From Pseudomonadales bacterium (GTDB lineage: Bacteria > Pseudomonadota > Gammaproteobacteria > Pseudomonadales > GM7GCV1): 64,000 nucleotides of DNA. Shown one piece after another: positions 29,592 to 39,080 of this stretch. The position numbers and the translations under genes are program-made. The stretch lies in contig CBFICI010000001.1 of the NCBI GenBank assembly GCA_965661125.1, positions 344,850 through 408,849 of the forward strand, written 5' to 3'. The notes beneath the pieces were generated by a model, which searched no databases, had not been told where the DNA came from, and worked only from the letters and a program-made list of their open reading frames with translations. Each line of letters begins with the position of its first letter. Position 1 is the first letter of the stretch.

Positions 29592-29622
29592 GAGTAACCC
29601 CCGTTTCCTCGGCCGCTGGCCA

Positions 29623-31038
29623 TTAGCTTTGCCTGTATTTAGAAAGAAATGACTCCAGCTTGTCAATGGATTCTCGTAGATCTTCCATGCGTGGTAAGAA
29701 AACGGTGCGCAGGTGGTCGGGAGTAGGCCAGTTGAAAGCCGTACCCTGTACCAGCAGCAACTGCTTGGCTTTTAGTAAATCCAATACCAGCTTTTCGTCG
29801 TTTTGCAGGTTGAAGCGTTTCATGTCCAGCCGCGGGAAGAGGTAAAGCGCGCCTTTGGGTTTAACGCAGCTTACCCCCGGGATGTCGTTTAGCGCTTTCC
29901 AGGCATAGTCGCGCTGGTCTTTCAGCCGTCCACCGGGAAGCACAAGGTCACGAATACTCTGATAGCCCCCAAGCGCCGTTTGCACTGCCAGCTGGCCGGG
30001 CACGTTGGAACACAAGCGCATGGAAGCGAGCATGTTGATTCCCTCGATATAGTCTTTGGCTGAGCTACGGTTGCCGGAGATAATCAGCCATCCCGAGCGG
30101 AAGCCGGCCAGCCGGTAGTTTTTTGACAGTCCGCCAAACGAGATAACCAGGGTATCTTCGGTTAGTGTCGCCAGCGGGTGATGCTGCACCTCGTCGTACA
30201 GAATCTTATCGTAGATCTCGTCGGCAAATAGGATCAGCTTGTGTTTTTCAGCCAATCGTGCAATGCGTTTCAAGGTGTCTTTGCTGTATACCGCGCCGGT
30301 TGGATTGTTTGGGTTTATCACCACAATGGCACGGGTGCGCGGCGTAATCTTGGCTTCCATGTCTGCCAGGTCAGGCTCCCATTCCTGCTGCTCGTCGCAC
30401 AGGTAATGCACCGCCCGTCCGCCGGAGAGCCGCACAGAAGCTGTCCATAGGGGGTAATCGGGAGCGGGTACCAGGACTTCGTCGCCATTGTTCAGCAGCG
30501 CCTGCAACGACATCATAATGAGCTCGCTGACGCCGTTGCCCATGTAGATATCGTTAATGGTGATGTCGCGCATACCGCGCAGCTGGCAGGCTTGCATAAT
30601 CGCCTTTCGCGCCGGAAACAGGCCACGTGATTCGCTGTAGCCTTCGGCAGAAGAGAGGTTGTGAATCACGTCCTGAATGATTTCTTCTGGTGCGTGAAAG
30701 CCGAACGCACCAGGATTGCCAATATTCAGTTTGGTGATGCGATGACCTTCTTCTTCCAGCCGGTAGGCTTCTTCAAGTACCGGTCCGCGAATCTCGTACA
30801 GTACGTTGTCAAGTTTAGTTGACCGAATGGTCTTTCCCTGCAGGGATTCGTCGCTGTCGTCTGAAGCAGTTTCCTTCAAGGGTAAACCCATCACATGGCG
30901 CAGTTTTAGCTCATGCTTTTCCGGAATGGCCTCGCCAGATTGCCACCGTGATACGGCCTGGCGGCTGATGCCAAGTTTCTCGGCCAGCAGTGCTTTGCGA
31001 CCGCCAAAATGAGGTAGTACGTCATCAATTGTCAACAT
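29623..31038 (-). CDS. alaA: AlaA-type (glutamate-pyruvate) aminotransferase with an N-terminal Cro/YdaS-like HTH domain
   Basis: Residues from STKLDNVLYEIRGP onward are colinear with E. coli AlaA, including NIGNPGAFGF, PDYPLWTA, NPNNPTGAVY, SKNYRLAGFR and LLVQGTAFNWP. The N-terminal ~55 aa (GGRKALLAEKLGISRQAVSRWQSGEAIPEKH) are HTH-like and in the same frame with no stop. Confidence 0.85.
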   Translation of the reverse strand: MLTIDDVLPHFGGRKALLAEKLGISRQAVSRWQSGEAIPEKHELKLRHVMGLPLKETASDDSDESLQGKTIRSTKLDNVLYEIRGPVLEEAYRLEEEGHRITKLNIGNPGAFGFHAPEEIIQDVIHNLSSAEGYSESRGLFPARKAIMQACQLRGMRDITINDIYMGNGVSELIMMSLQALLNNGDEVLVPAPDYPLWTASVRLSGGRAVHYLCDEQQEWEPDLADMEAKITPRTRAIVVINPNNPTGAVYSKDTLKRIARLAEKHKLILFADEIYDKILYDEVQHHPLATLTEDTLVISFGGLSKNYRLAGFRSGWLIISGNRSSAKDYIEGINMLASMRLCSNVPGQLAVQTALGGYQSIRDLVLPGGRLKDQRDYAWKALNDIPGVSCVKPKGALYLFPRLDMKRFNLQNDEKLVLDLLKAKQLLLVQGTAFNWPTPDHLRTVFLPRMEDLRESIDKLESFLSKYRQS

Positions 31039-31094
31039 AAGCGTCAATATTTGGGTTCTCAATGACGCGAATACTGATATCTATCTAGAAATAT

Positions 31095-31110
31095 GTCAAC
31101 TAAAGTTGAC
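31095..31110. promoter_or_regulatory. Perfect palindrome GTCAACT-AA-AGTTGAC, candidate operator overlapping a TTGACA -35
   Basis: I read this directly from the sequence. It lies 57-72 nt upstream of the aminotransferase ATG and 4 nt after the nth stop. Confidence 0.35.
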
Positions 31111-31114
31111 TAAT

Positions 31115-31768
31115 TTACGCTTTCTTTGTGACAACCGGCCGTTTTCGGGCTGGAAAACAGGTACTGCAGATAGGACAGGTGAGCCCATAGCAGCTACGCG
31201 CAGTGCAGTACTCGCGGCCGTAATAAATGATTTGCAGATGCAGGGCATTCCAACGTTCGCGCGCAAACAGGCGCTTGAGGTCCTTTTCGGTTTGCGCCAC
31301 GCTGGTACCGCTGGTTAGTTTCCAGCGCTGGGCCAGACGATGGATATGGGTATCAACCGGAAAAGCCGGGTGACCAAAGGCTTGAGACATCACCACGCTG
31401 GCCGTTTTGTGGCCCACACCGGGTAGCGCTTCCAGTGCAGCGAAGGATTCGGGGACACGCCCCCCGTGCTGCTGCAGCAGGATTTTTGACAACCCCACAA
31501 TGGCTTTGGATTTCTGCGGAGACAGTCCACAGGGCCTGATGATTTGTTGCACCTTCTCGACCGGCTGAAGAGCCATATCTGCCGGGTTGTCAGCCAGTAG
31601 AAACAGTGCGGGGGTTACCTGGTTGACCCGTTCGTCGGTGCATTGCGCGGACAGCAGTACCGCTACCAGCAGGGTAAATGGATCGCTGTGGTTTAGTGGA
31701 ATAGGGGTTTGCGGGTAGAGCTGCTGCAACTTGGCATCGATAAATGCCACCCGTTCTTTCTTCAGCAT
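31115..31768 (-). CDS. nth: Endonuclease III (HhH-GPD DNA glycosylase with a C-terminal 4Fe-4S cysteine cluster)
   Basis: The motifs are FTLLVAVLLSAQCTDERVN, LPGVGHKTASVV and VDTHIHRLAQRW, followed by the cysteine cluster C...C..C...C. Confidence 0.85.
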   Translation of the reverse strand: MLKKERVAFIDAKLQQLYPQTPIPLNHSDPFTLLVAVLLSAQCTDERVNQVTPALFLLADNPADMALQPVEKVQQIIRPCGLSPQKSKAIVGLSKILLQQHGGRVPESFAALEALPGVGHKTASVVMSQAFGHPAFPVDTHIHRLAQRWKLTSGTSVAQTEKDLKRLFARERWNALHLQIIYYGREYCTARSCYGLTCPICSTCFPARKRPVVTKKA

Positions 31769-31777
31769 AACGGCCCG

Positions 31778-32971
31778 TCAGTTGAGGGATTTATGAAACG
31801 CAACCAGCCGCTGAATACCTTCAACGCATTGCTCAACCGGCGCAACCAGAGCAAGGCGCACATGGTTGATGCCGGGGTCGGAGCCGTTTGAAACTCGTGT
31901 CAGATAACTACCGGGCAGGCTTTTGACTCCGGCTTCGGCATACAGCCGGCGAACGTACTGCTGGTCATCTATAGGGGTATTCAACCAGAGGTAGAAACCC
32001 GCATCAGGCGTTGCCTGGTCACATATACCCTGAAGCAGGGGCATTACCTGCCGGTATTTTTCCCGGTAGAGCTGCCGGTTGTGCTCGGCATGGCTTTCAT
32101 CCTGCCATGCAGCAATAGATGCCAGCTGGGTCGCACCCGGCATGGCAGAGCCGTGGTAGGTTCGATACAGGGCAAACTTTCTGATTATGTCGGCGTCGCC
32201 AGCGACAAAGCCGGAGCGCAGCCCGGGTAGGTTGCTGCGCTTGGAAAGAGAGTGGCAAACCAGGCAATTGCGGAAATGGGTGATTCCGGCATTCCAGCAG
32301 GCCTGAAGCAGCCCTGCCGGTTTCTCGTCGCCAAGCCACAACTCGGAATAGCACTCGTCGCTAACCAGTATGAAGTCATGTTCGATGGCCTTGTTGGCCA
32401 GATAGGCGAGCGTGGCTTCATCCAGAGCCACACCTGAGGGGTTGCCCGGTGTGCAGATGTAGAGAAGTTCCAGTTTGGACCATTGCTGGTCGGATATAGA
32501 GCGCCAATCGGGTTGGCCCTGATCGGTGGAATTAAAATACACCCGTTGCTTCCCTGCCAGCAGCGCAGCGCCTTCGTAGATCTGGTAGAAGGGGTTTGGC
32601 ATACCCACCTCTCCACCGGCTCGCGTTGGGTTGGCAGCCAGTTGCGTAATGGCAAACAGGGCTTCGCGGGTGCCGTTTACTGGTAGCAGGTTGGCAAGCG
32701 GGTCCAGCGCCTGATGCGGCAGCTTGAACCGCTGGCTGGCCCAGTCGGCGATGGCTTTGCGTAGTTCCGGGTAGCCAGATGTTGGCGGATACTTGCTGAC
32801 CTGCGTCAGACTTCCAGCCAAAGCCTGCAGAACCACCTCGGGGGGTTGATGCTTTGGTTCTCCGATCGAGAGGTCAATCAGGGCTCGCGACGGGTCGGGC
32901 CGCTCGTTTTCAAGCAGGGTTGCGAGGCGGGCGAAGGGGTAGGCCTTCAACTGGTCTAGGGCAGGGTTCAT
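31778..32971 (-). CDS. dapC: Succinyldiaminopimelate transaminase
   Basis: MNPALDQLKAYPFARLATLL, SIGEPKH and SKRSNLPGLRSGF (PLP lysine motif) are present. The position next to glnD-map matches Pseudomonas. The frame was trimmed to ATG 32971. Confidence 0.8.
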   Translation of the reverse strand: MNPALDQLKAYPFARLATLLENERPDPSRALIDLSIGEPKHQPPEVVLQALAGSLTQVSKYPPTSGYPELRKAIADWASQRFKLPHQALDPLANLLPVNGTREALFAITQLAANPTRAGGEVGMPNPFYQIYEGAALLAGKQRVYFNSTDQGQPDWRSISDQQWSKLELLYICTPGNPSGVALDEATLAYLANKAIEHDFILVSDECYSELWLGDEKPAGLLQACWNAGITHFRNCLVCHSLSKRSNLPGLRSGFVAGDADIIRKFALYRTYHGSAMPGATQLASIAAWQDESHAEHNRQLYREKYRQVMPLLQGICDQATPDAGFYLWLNTPIDDQQYVRRLYAEAGVKSLPGSYLTRVSNGSDPGINHVRLALVAPVEQCVEGIQRLVAFHKSLN

Positions 32972-32976
32972 CAGAT

Positions 32977-35688
32977 TTAACTGGCGATGGCGTCGACTTT
33001 CTGGTCGATCGTTTCGCACACGGCTCGTGTCAGTTCGTCTTTCAACGCGGTTTCCTGAATGCGATGCCCGCGAGCATCCGAGATCATGAATATGTCCTCT
33101 ACTCGCTCGCCCAGAGTAGTAATTCTTGCACTGTGCAGCCGCAAATCGTATTTGACAAATATTTGACCTATCACCGCCAACAGGCCGGGGCGATCGGCGG
33201 TTGTTACTTCCAGCATGCTGTATCGAGGGCCATCGCTAAGGGTTGCCGTGGTGCGAACCGGAAACTGCTTGAGTGCCCGCTTGGTGCGGGCTCCGGCTAC
33301 CTGGTGATGCTCTTCTACATTGGTAAGCTCGTCGCGAATAGCCTTTGCCAGCCTTTCCACACGGTTGGAATCCTTGCCCAGTGGACTGGCGTGTTCGTCG
33401 AGAATATAAAAGCAACTCAATGTGGCTTCGTGATTTTCATAAATGCGCGCATCCTGAATGTTCAGGCCGGCTTCGTCGATGGAAGTCGCAACGGCGGCAA
33501 AAAGATTGGGCGCGTGACCCATTCGCACCAGAATTTGCGTGGCGCGTTCACGTCGGTTTGCGATATAGGGCCGAATAATGACAACGGGTTCGTCGACATT
33601 CTGTTGTCGGTGTGCAATTTCGGTATGCCAGGCAATATCTTCCGGGGTCTCCTTGAGAAAGTATTCGTCTGAGTAGCTCGACCAGATGGCGTCAATGTTC
33701 TCCGCTGGTATGCCTTTACTTTCCAGTATTTGCATTGCCGTATCGCGCGTTTCTTTAATTAGTTCGCTGCGATCGGCAAGGTCTTCCAGCCCCGATCTCA
33801 GTGCTTTGCGGGTTTCCATATAGAGCTGCCGCATCAGCGAGGCACGCCAGTTACTCCAGAGTGTGGGGTTGGTTGCCGTAATATCTGCCACGGTAAGCGC
33901 GTAAAGGTGGTTCAAATGGGTTTCATCGCCCACAAAACGGGCAAAGCGTTGCACCACCGCAGGGTCTGAAATGTCTTCGCGCTGCGAGATTCGGGACATC
34001 AGAAGGTGGTTTTCAACCAGCCAGGCCATCAATCGGGTTTCCCGCCTGTTGTAGCCGTGCTCCTCGGCAAACCGGATCACATCGATTGCTCCAAGTTCCG
34101 AGTGGTCTCCGCCGCGCCCCTTGGCAATGTCGTGGTACAGCCCGGCAACAATCAGCAACTCAGGCTTGCGCAAGGTACTGTAGATGTAGGCCGAGATAGG
34201 AGATTGCGCGGCGCCCTCGGCGAGTCCGAAGTGGCGAATATTGCGCACCACATTCAGGGTGTGCACATCGACCGGATAAATATGGAACAGGTCGTGCTGC
34301 GGCAGCCCCTGAATGTCGCCAAATTCAGGCAGGTACCGCCCCAGAATGCCATATCGGGCCATCATTTGAAGGGGCACGGACAGGTGATCCTGGGATTCCA
34401 GTAGCTTGACAAAAAGTTCTCGGTGCTCAGGTTGTCGGCGGTAGTTTCCATCGATGATGCTGGCATATTCACGCAGCAGACGGATGGTACCGGCTTGAAT
34501 ACCGCGAATTTTCTTGTCGCGTGACAGCAATACGAAAATTTCCAGCAACGCCGACGGAGTTTCCTCGAACACTTGCGCGCGCCGGGCTTCCAGCAGGTCA
34601 TCTCTTATCTGGAATCGGTCGTTTACAATCTTGATATCGCCCGAATCGGTGTCCTTGGTCAGATGGTCGCCGAGAACCTGCATCAGAACATCACTGATTA
34701 CGCGAATTGCGGTAACCGAGCGGTAGTAGTCGCGCATGAAAACTTCCACGGCAAGGCGTTCGGGCGTGTCTTCATAGCCCAGCAATTCACTGAGTTGGCG
34801 TTGGTAGTCAAACTGTAGCTGATCAATCGGCTTGCCGGTAATCATGTGTAAAGCAAAGCGAACCCGGGCGAGAAAGGATTGCGCGGCAGCCAGGGTGGTG
34901 TATTCCTCCTCCGTGTATACCTTGCGACCGGCAAGCTGTTCCAGCCCGGCTACCCCATATATACGCCGGGCAATCCAGTTTATGTTCTGGATGTCGCGCA
35001 AGGCGCCAGGAGACTCTTTGACGTTGGGCTCCATGTCGTATTCAACGATGCCGTGCTTTTCATGGCGCTGGCGTTGCTCTTCGGCTTTTCCGCGATAAAA
35101 ATCCTGTTCGCTCCAGATGCGGTTAGGTGCAATCAGTTCGTTCAGGTCGAGCCGCAGTTGCTCGTCGCCCACAATAGTGCGGGACTCGATCAGGTTGGTC
35201 ATCACAGTGAGGTCGCCCTGCGCTGTCGACGCACACTGGCGCGCGGTTCGCACGCTGTGCCCCACTTTTAAACCGATATCCCAGAGCAGTGTGGTTAGCT
35301 TCAGGATGGAATCGCGATACTTGTGGTGGTTGTCCTTGTGCGTGAGAAACAGCAGATCGATGTCCGACTGGGGATGCATGTCCATGCGACCGTATCCGCC
35401 AACTGCCACAAGTGCGATGTCATCGTCCCACTTGAATAGATTCCAGGAGTGATAAATAAGCCGGTCCAGAAAACGTGCGCGGTCGCGGGTTAGGCGGCTG
35501 ACATTTTCACCTTCCCGAAACCGGTTAAACAGGTGGTCGTCGCCGGCCTGCAATGTCTTTTTAAGATGATCGAGCTGCCTTGAGCTGGGCAGCTCGCGCA
35601 GCGCGCGTTCGAATTTTGCCTCGGCAAAGAAACACAGCTCACCCTCTTCAGGTCGAACAAAGCGGCGTTCGCGTTTGAACCAGATCAA
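32977..35688 (-). CDS. glnD: Bifunctional uridylyltransferase/uridylyl-removing enzyme GlnD
   Basis: LVAVGGYGRMDMHPQSDIDLLFL is the NTase motif. An HD domain (YHDIAKG) and two C-terminal ACT domains are present. The start is uncertain: TTG 35688 overlaps the map stop (TTGA), while ATG 35757 would overlap map by 73 nt. Confidence 0.9.
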   Translation of the reverse strand: MIWFKRERRFVRPEEGELCFFAEAKFERALRELPSSRQLDHLKKTLQAGDDHLFNRFREGENVSRLTRDRARFLDRLIYHSWNLFKWDDDIALVAVGGYGRMDMHPQSDIDLLFLTHKDNHHKYRDSILKLTTLLWDIGLKVGHSVRTARQCASTAQGDLTVMTNLIESRTIVGDEQLRLDLNELIAPNRIWSEQDFYRGKAEEQRQRHEKHGIVEYDMEPNVKESPGALRDIQNINWIARRIYGVAGLEQLAGRKVYTEEEYTTLAAAQSFLARVRFALHMITGKPIDQLQFDYQRQLSELLGYEDTPERLAVEVFMRDYYRSVTAIRVISDVLMQVLGDHLTKDTDSGDIKIVNDRFQIRDDLLEARRAQVFEETPSALLEIFVLLSRDKKIRGIQAGTIRLLREYASIIDGNYRRQPEHRELFVKLLESQDHLSVPLQMMARYGILGRYLPEFGDIQGLPQHDLFHIYPVDVHTLNVVRNIRHFGLAEGAAQSPISAYIYSTLRKPELLIVAGLYHDIAKGRGGDHSELGAIDVIRFAEEHGYNRRETRLMAWLVENHLLMSRISQREDISDPAVVQRFARFVGDETHLNHLYALTVADITATNPTLWSNWRASLMRQLYMETRKALRSGLEDLADRSELIKETRDTAMQILESKGIPAENIDAIWSSYSDEYFLKETPEDIAWHTEIAHRQQNVDEPVVIIRPYIANRRERATQILVRMGHAPNLFAAVATSIDEAGLNIQDARIYENHEATLSCFYILDEHASPLGKDSNRVERLAKAIRDELTNVEEHHQVAGARTKRALKQFPVRTTATLSDGPRYSMLEVTTADRPGLLAVIGQIFVKYDLRLHSARITTLGERVEDIFMISDARGHRIQETALKDELTRAVCETIDQKVDAIAS

Positions 35689-36455
35689 AAGGATTCCTCG
35701 GGTCGGGCAGTAAAGACTTCTACGCCGTCTGCGGTAACGCCCATGGTGTGCTCCCATTGAGCAGAAAGCCGGCCGTCTTTGGTGACCACGGTCCAGCCGT
35801 CGGGTTTTAACTTGGTCTTGAAGGTGCCCGCATTCACCATGGGTTCAATGGTGAAGCACATGCCTTCCTGCAGTTCCATCCCGGTGCCGGCGCGACCGTA
35901 ATGCAAAACCTGCGGATCTTCATGAAACACCTTGCCAATGCCGTGACCACAGTAGTCCCGCACAATAGAATAGTAGTTGCCTTCGGCGTGCTTCTGTATC
36001 ACTTCGCCAATGTCGCCCAGGCGGGCTCCCGGGCGAACCAGTTCGATCGCACGGTAAAGGCATTCCTGGGTGATATCTACCAACCTGCGAGCATGGTTGG
36101 GCACATCTCCCACCAGAAACATTTTGCTGGTATCTCCGTGGTAACCCTCTTTTATGACAGTGACGTCAATATTGATGATGTCGCCATTTTTTAGTTTGCG
36201 TTTGTCATCGGGAATACCGTGGCAAACTACCTGGTTAATCGAGGTGCAGACGCTCTTGGGGAAGCCACGGTAATTCAGCGGTGCCGGGATGGCCTGCTGT
36301 TGCTCCACAATGTACTGATGACAAATTCGGTCGAGCTCGCCGGTGCTTATACCCGCCACCACGTGGGGGTCTATCATTTCAAGCACCTCGGAAGCCAGCT
36401 TGCCGGCTACGCGCATCTTGTCGAATTCTTCGGGGGTTTTCAGGCTTACGGCCAT
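35685..36455 (-). CDS. map: Type I methionine aminopeptidase
   Basis: The sequence MAVSLKTPEEFDKMRVAGKLASEVLEMI aligns with E. coli Map MAISIKTPEDIEKMRVAGRLAAEVLEMI. The frame was trimmed to ATG 36455. Confidence 0.95.
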   Translation of the reverse strand: MAVSLKTPEEFDKMRVAGKLASEVLEMIDPHVVAGISTGELDRICHQYIVEQQQAIPAPLNYRGFPKSVCTSINQVVCHGIPDDKRKLKNGDIINIDVTVIKEGYHGDTSKMFLVGDVPNHARRLVDITQECLYRAIELVRPGARLGDIGEVIQKHAEGNYYSIVRDYCGHGIGKVFHEDPQVLHYGRAGTGMELQEGMCFTIEPMVNAGTFKTKLKPDGWTVVTKDGRLSAQWEHTMGVTADGVEVFTARPEESF

Positions 36456-36730
36456 TCTTCTGTATAGGGTCAAAAGGCCGGCCATTGTACATTTTTCTCG
36501 ACCAGTATTCAGGTGTGATTATCGGCTGCTAACCTGCGCAACCAGTCATGCTGCGCTCATGATGCAATGCTTCGAAAACAGGGGTACAATGCGGTCCCTT
36601 TCCGGCCGGTACTGAAGCAATTCAGGGGTGCTAAATCTGTTTTGGCAGCACTCCTGGCCGGGTTCGTAGCGGTGCCACAAATCGCTGAAACCTGATTCAT
36701 GTCTGTCCACGTTAGGGTGAATGACAACCT

Positions 36731-37843
36731 ATGAAACCATCGGTTAAACCCGCCAACCCCAATTTTTCTTCCGGCCCCTGCAGCAAGCGCCCCGGCTATT
36801 CCCTTGCCGATCTGCCGCAGCGTTGTCTCGGACGTTCCCATCGCTCTTCTCTCGGCAAGCAGGTTCTGGCAGACAGCATTGAGCTGTCTAAAGAGATTCT
36901 TGGCTTGCCGGAAGGGTATCAACTTGGCATTGTGCCGGCATCGGATACTGGCGCGTTCGAAATGGCGATGTGGTCAATGCTAGGTGAGCGACCGGTCGAT
37001 GTGTTCGCCTGGGAGTCCTTTGGCTCGGGCTGGGTTACCGATATTCTCAAGCAGCTCAAGCTGAAAGAGGTAGAGGTTTACCAGGCAGACTACGGTGAGT
37101 TGCCCGATTTGGGCCTCGCAAATTTTGACAGAGATGTTGTATTTACCCTGAACGGAACCACTTCAGGTGTGAAGGTGCCAGATCTCAACTGGATTGCCGA
37201 AGACAGGAAAGGGCTGACATTCTGTGATGCAACCTCTGGCGTGTTTGCGATGGAGGTCGACTGGAGTCGCATCGATGTTTGTACCTACAGCTGGCAAAAG
37301 GTTCTGGGCGGCGAGGGCGGTCACGGTGTTCTGATTCTTTCACCGCGGGCCGTCGAGCGGTTGGAAAGCTATAGCCCGCCCTGGCCTATGCCAAAGATTT
37401 TCCGCATGACCAAATCGGGCAAGCTGAATGAGGGCATATTCAAGGGGGCCACCATAAACACTCCCTCTATGCTCTGTGTTGAGGACTATCTGGACGCACT
37501 GCAATGGGTACATTCGATCGGTGGTTTGCAGGGCGCAATTGCTCGGTCCCGTTCAAACCTTGCTGTAATGGAGCGTTTTGTCGAGCAGCGTGACTGGATT
37601 GACTTTCTTGCTGAAGACGCCGCCGTGCGTTCAAGCACCAGTGTGTGCTTCAAGTTGAGCCTGGAGGCCGACCAGGTCAAGCAGATGGTTAAACTGCTCG
37701 AGCAGGAAGGCGCGGCCTACGATATTGATGCCTACCGAGATGCACCCTCCGGGCTGCGAATCTGGTGCGGCGCTACCGTGGAAGCAAGCGATTTGGAAAG
37801 CCTCCTGCCCTGGCTGGACTGGGCCTATGAGTCAGTTAAATAA
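36731..37843 (+). CDS. serC: Phosphoserine aminotransferase (the ~370-aa SerC type)
   Basis: The N-terminus has [13 protein letters not shown]. There is a PLP-fold pattern ([14 protein letters not shown]), and the next gene is a phosphoglycerate dehydrogenase. Confidence 0.8.
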   Translation: MKPSVKPANPNFSSGPCSKRPGYSLADLPQRCLGRSHRSSLGKQVLADSIELSKEILGLPEGYQLGIVPASDTGAFEMAMWSMLGERPVDVFAWESFGSGWVTDILKQLKLKEVEVYQADYGELPDLGLANFDRDVVFTLNGTTSGVKVPDLNWIAEDRKGLTFCDATSGVFAMEVDWSRIDVCTYSWQKVLGGEGGHGVLILSPRAVERLESYSPPWPMPKIFRMTKSGKLNEGIFKGATINTPSMLCVEDYLDALQWVHSIGGLQGAIARSRSNLAVMERFVEQRDWIDFLAEDAAVRSSTSVCFKLSLEADQVKQMVKLLEQEGAAYDIDAYRDAPSGLRIWCGATVEASDLESLLPWLDWAYESVK

Positions 37844-37863
37844 ACCTGAATAACGGATAACAC

Positions 37864-39033
37864 ATGTTTCGCGTAAAAACTTTTAATGCCATTTCCCAAA
37901 AGGGTCTGAGTCGTTTCGATACCACCCGCTATGAGGTAGGGGCGGACGTTGATAGTCCGGATGCCTATATCTTGCGCAGCCACAAGCTGCACGGAGAAGC
38001 TGTGCCGGCCGGATTGCTGGCCGTGGCCCGGGCGGGAGCGGGCGTTAACAACGTGCCGGTGGAAGACTACAGCAAGCAGGGTATCGTGGTATTTAATACG
38101 CCGGGAGCCAATGCCAATGCGGTAAAAGAGCTGGTGGTGGCTGGCATGTTGCTCAGTTGCCGCGACATCGCAGGCGGCATTGATTTCGTCCGCAACCTTG
38201 AGGACGAGGGTGACGATGCCGCGTTGGGCAAGTTGCTTGAGGGCGAGAAAAAACGTTTTGCCGGCGGAGAAATCAAGGGCAAAACTCTGGGCGTGATAGG
38301 TTTGGGCGCCATTGGTGCGCTGGTGGCCAATGTGGCTGTCGAGCTGGGCATGAATGTGGTGGGTTTCGATCCGGCCTTGTCGGTGGAAGCTGCTTGGCGC
38401 CTGTCTCGTCGCGTAGAAAAAATGGAAAGTATCGAAGCCCTGCTGGCGCGCGCCGATTTTGTCAGTATGCATGTACCGGCAATTCCGCAAACCAAAGGTT
38501 TGATCAATGCCGAGCGTCTGGCGCAAGTCAAACCCGGCTGTGTGCTGCTGAATTTTGCCCGCGAGCAGGTAGTTGACCTGAACGCTGTTATCGATGCACT
38601 GGACAAGGGGCAGCTGGCCCGTTATGTCACCGATTTCCCGGCTGGCACACTGCTAAAGCGAAATGACGTTATTCCCTTGCCGCATATTGGTGCGAGCACG
38701 GCAGAAGCCGAGGAAAACTGCGCCATGATGGCGGCCGATCAGCTGATGGACTACCTTGAAAACGGCAATATCGTGAATTCGGTGAATTTCCCGGCCACGG
38801 CGATGGCGCGGGTCGGTGGATCGCGCATTACCTTTGCCAACGAGAATGTGCCGAAGGTGCTTGGCAATGTTTTGTCGGTATTGGCCGACGCCGAGATCAA
38901 TGTGATCGATATGATCAACCGCAGCCGCGACGAGCTGGCCTATAACATCATTGATGTCGAGGCTGAAGTTAACGCTGAAGTGCGCCAGCAAATTGAGGCC
39001 GTCGAGGGTGTAATTTCGGTGCGGGTGATCTGA
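37864..39033 (+). CDS. serA: D-3-phosphoglycerate dehydrogenase with a C-terminal ACT domain
   Basis: The 389-aa protein has the NAD motif GVIGLGAIGALVA and the catalytic HIGASTAEAE. The C-terminal ACT-like segment is GNVLSVLADAEINVIDM. Confidence 0.8.
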   Translation: MFRVKTFNAISQKGLSRFDTTRYEVGADVDSPDAYILRSHKLHGEAVPAGLLAVARAGAGVNNVPVEDYSKQGIVVFNTPGANANAVKELVVAGMLLSCRDIAGGIDFVRNLEDEGDDAALGKLLEGEKKRFAGGEIKGKTLGVIGLGAIGALVANVAVELGMNVVGFDPALSVEAAWRLSRRVEKMESIEALLARADFVSMHVPAIPQTKGLINAERLAQVKPGCVLLNFAREQVVDLNAVIDALDKGQLARYVTDFPAGTLLKRNDVIPLPHIGASTAEAEENCAMMAADQLMDYLENGNIVNSVNFPATAMARVGGSRITFANENVPKVLGNVLSVLADAEINVIDMINRSRDELAYNIIDVEAEVNAEVRQQIEAVEGVISVRVI

Positions 39034-39063
39034 CAGAAAATCTGCTTTTCCGGGCGCTGCGGT

Positions 39064-39074
39064 TGTGGTATAAA
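39064..39074 (+). promoter_or_regulatory. Extended -10 promoter element of rpsB (TGTGGTATAAA)
   Basis: The sequence exactly matches TGTGGTATAAA. I recall this (from memory) as the conserved extended -10 of the E. coli/gammaproteobacterial rpsB promoter. It leaves a ~170-nt leader before the ATG. Confidence 0.55.
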
Positions 39075-39080
39075 GCGCGC

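Noticed and set aside
31039-31062. A TTG start at 31062 would add MRTQILTL to the HTH-aminotransferase.
   Set aside because: An ATG at 31038 lies immediately before the HTH domain. The extension has no supporting SD and overlaps GTCAA motifs that look regulatory. The choice does not affect the fusion call.
35689-35757. The ORF track start of glnD at ATG 35757 gives MGAHHGRYRRRRRSLYCPTRG….
   Set aside because: This start would overlap the map coding region by 73 nt and add an implausible Arg-rich segment. TTG 35688, which overlaps the map stop, gives an N-terminus of homologue-like length. The start remains uncertain.
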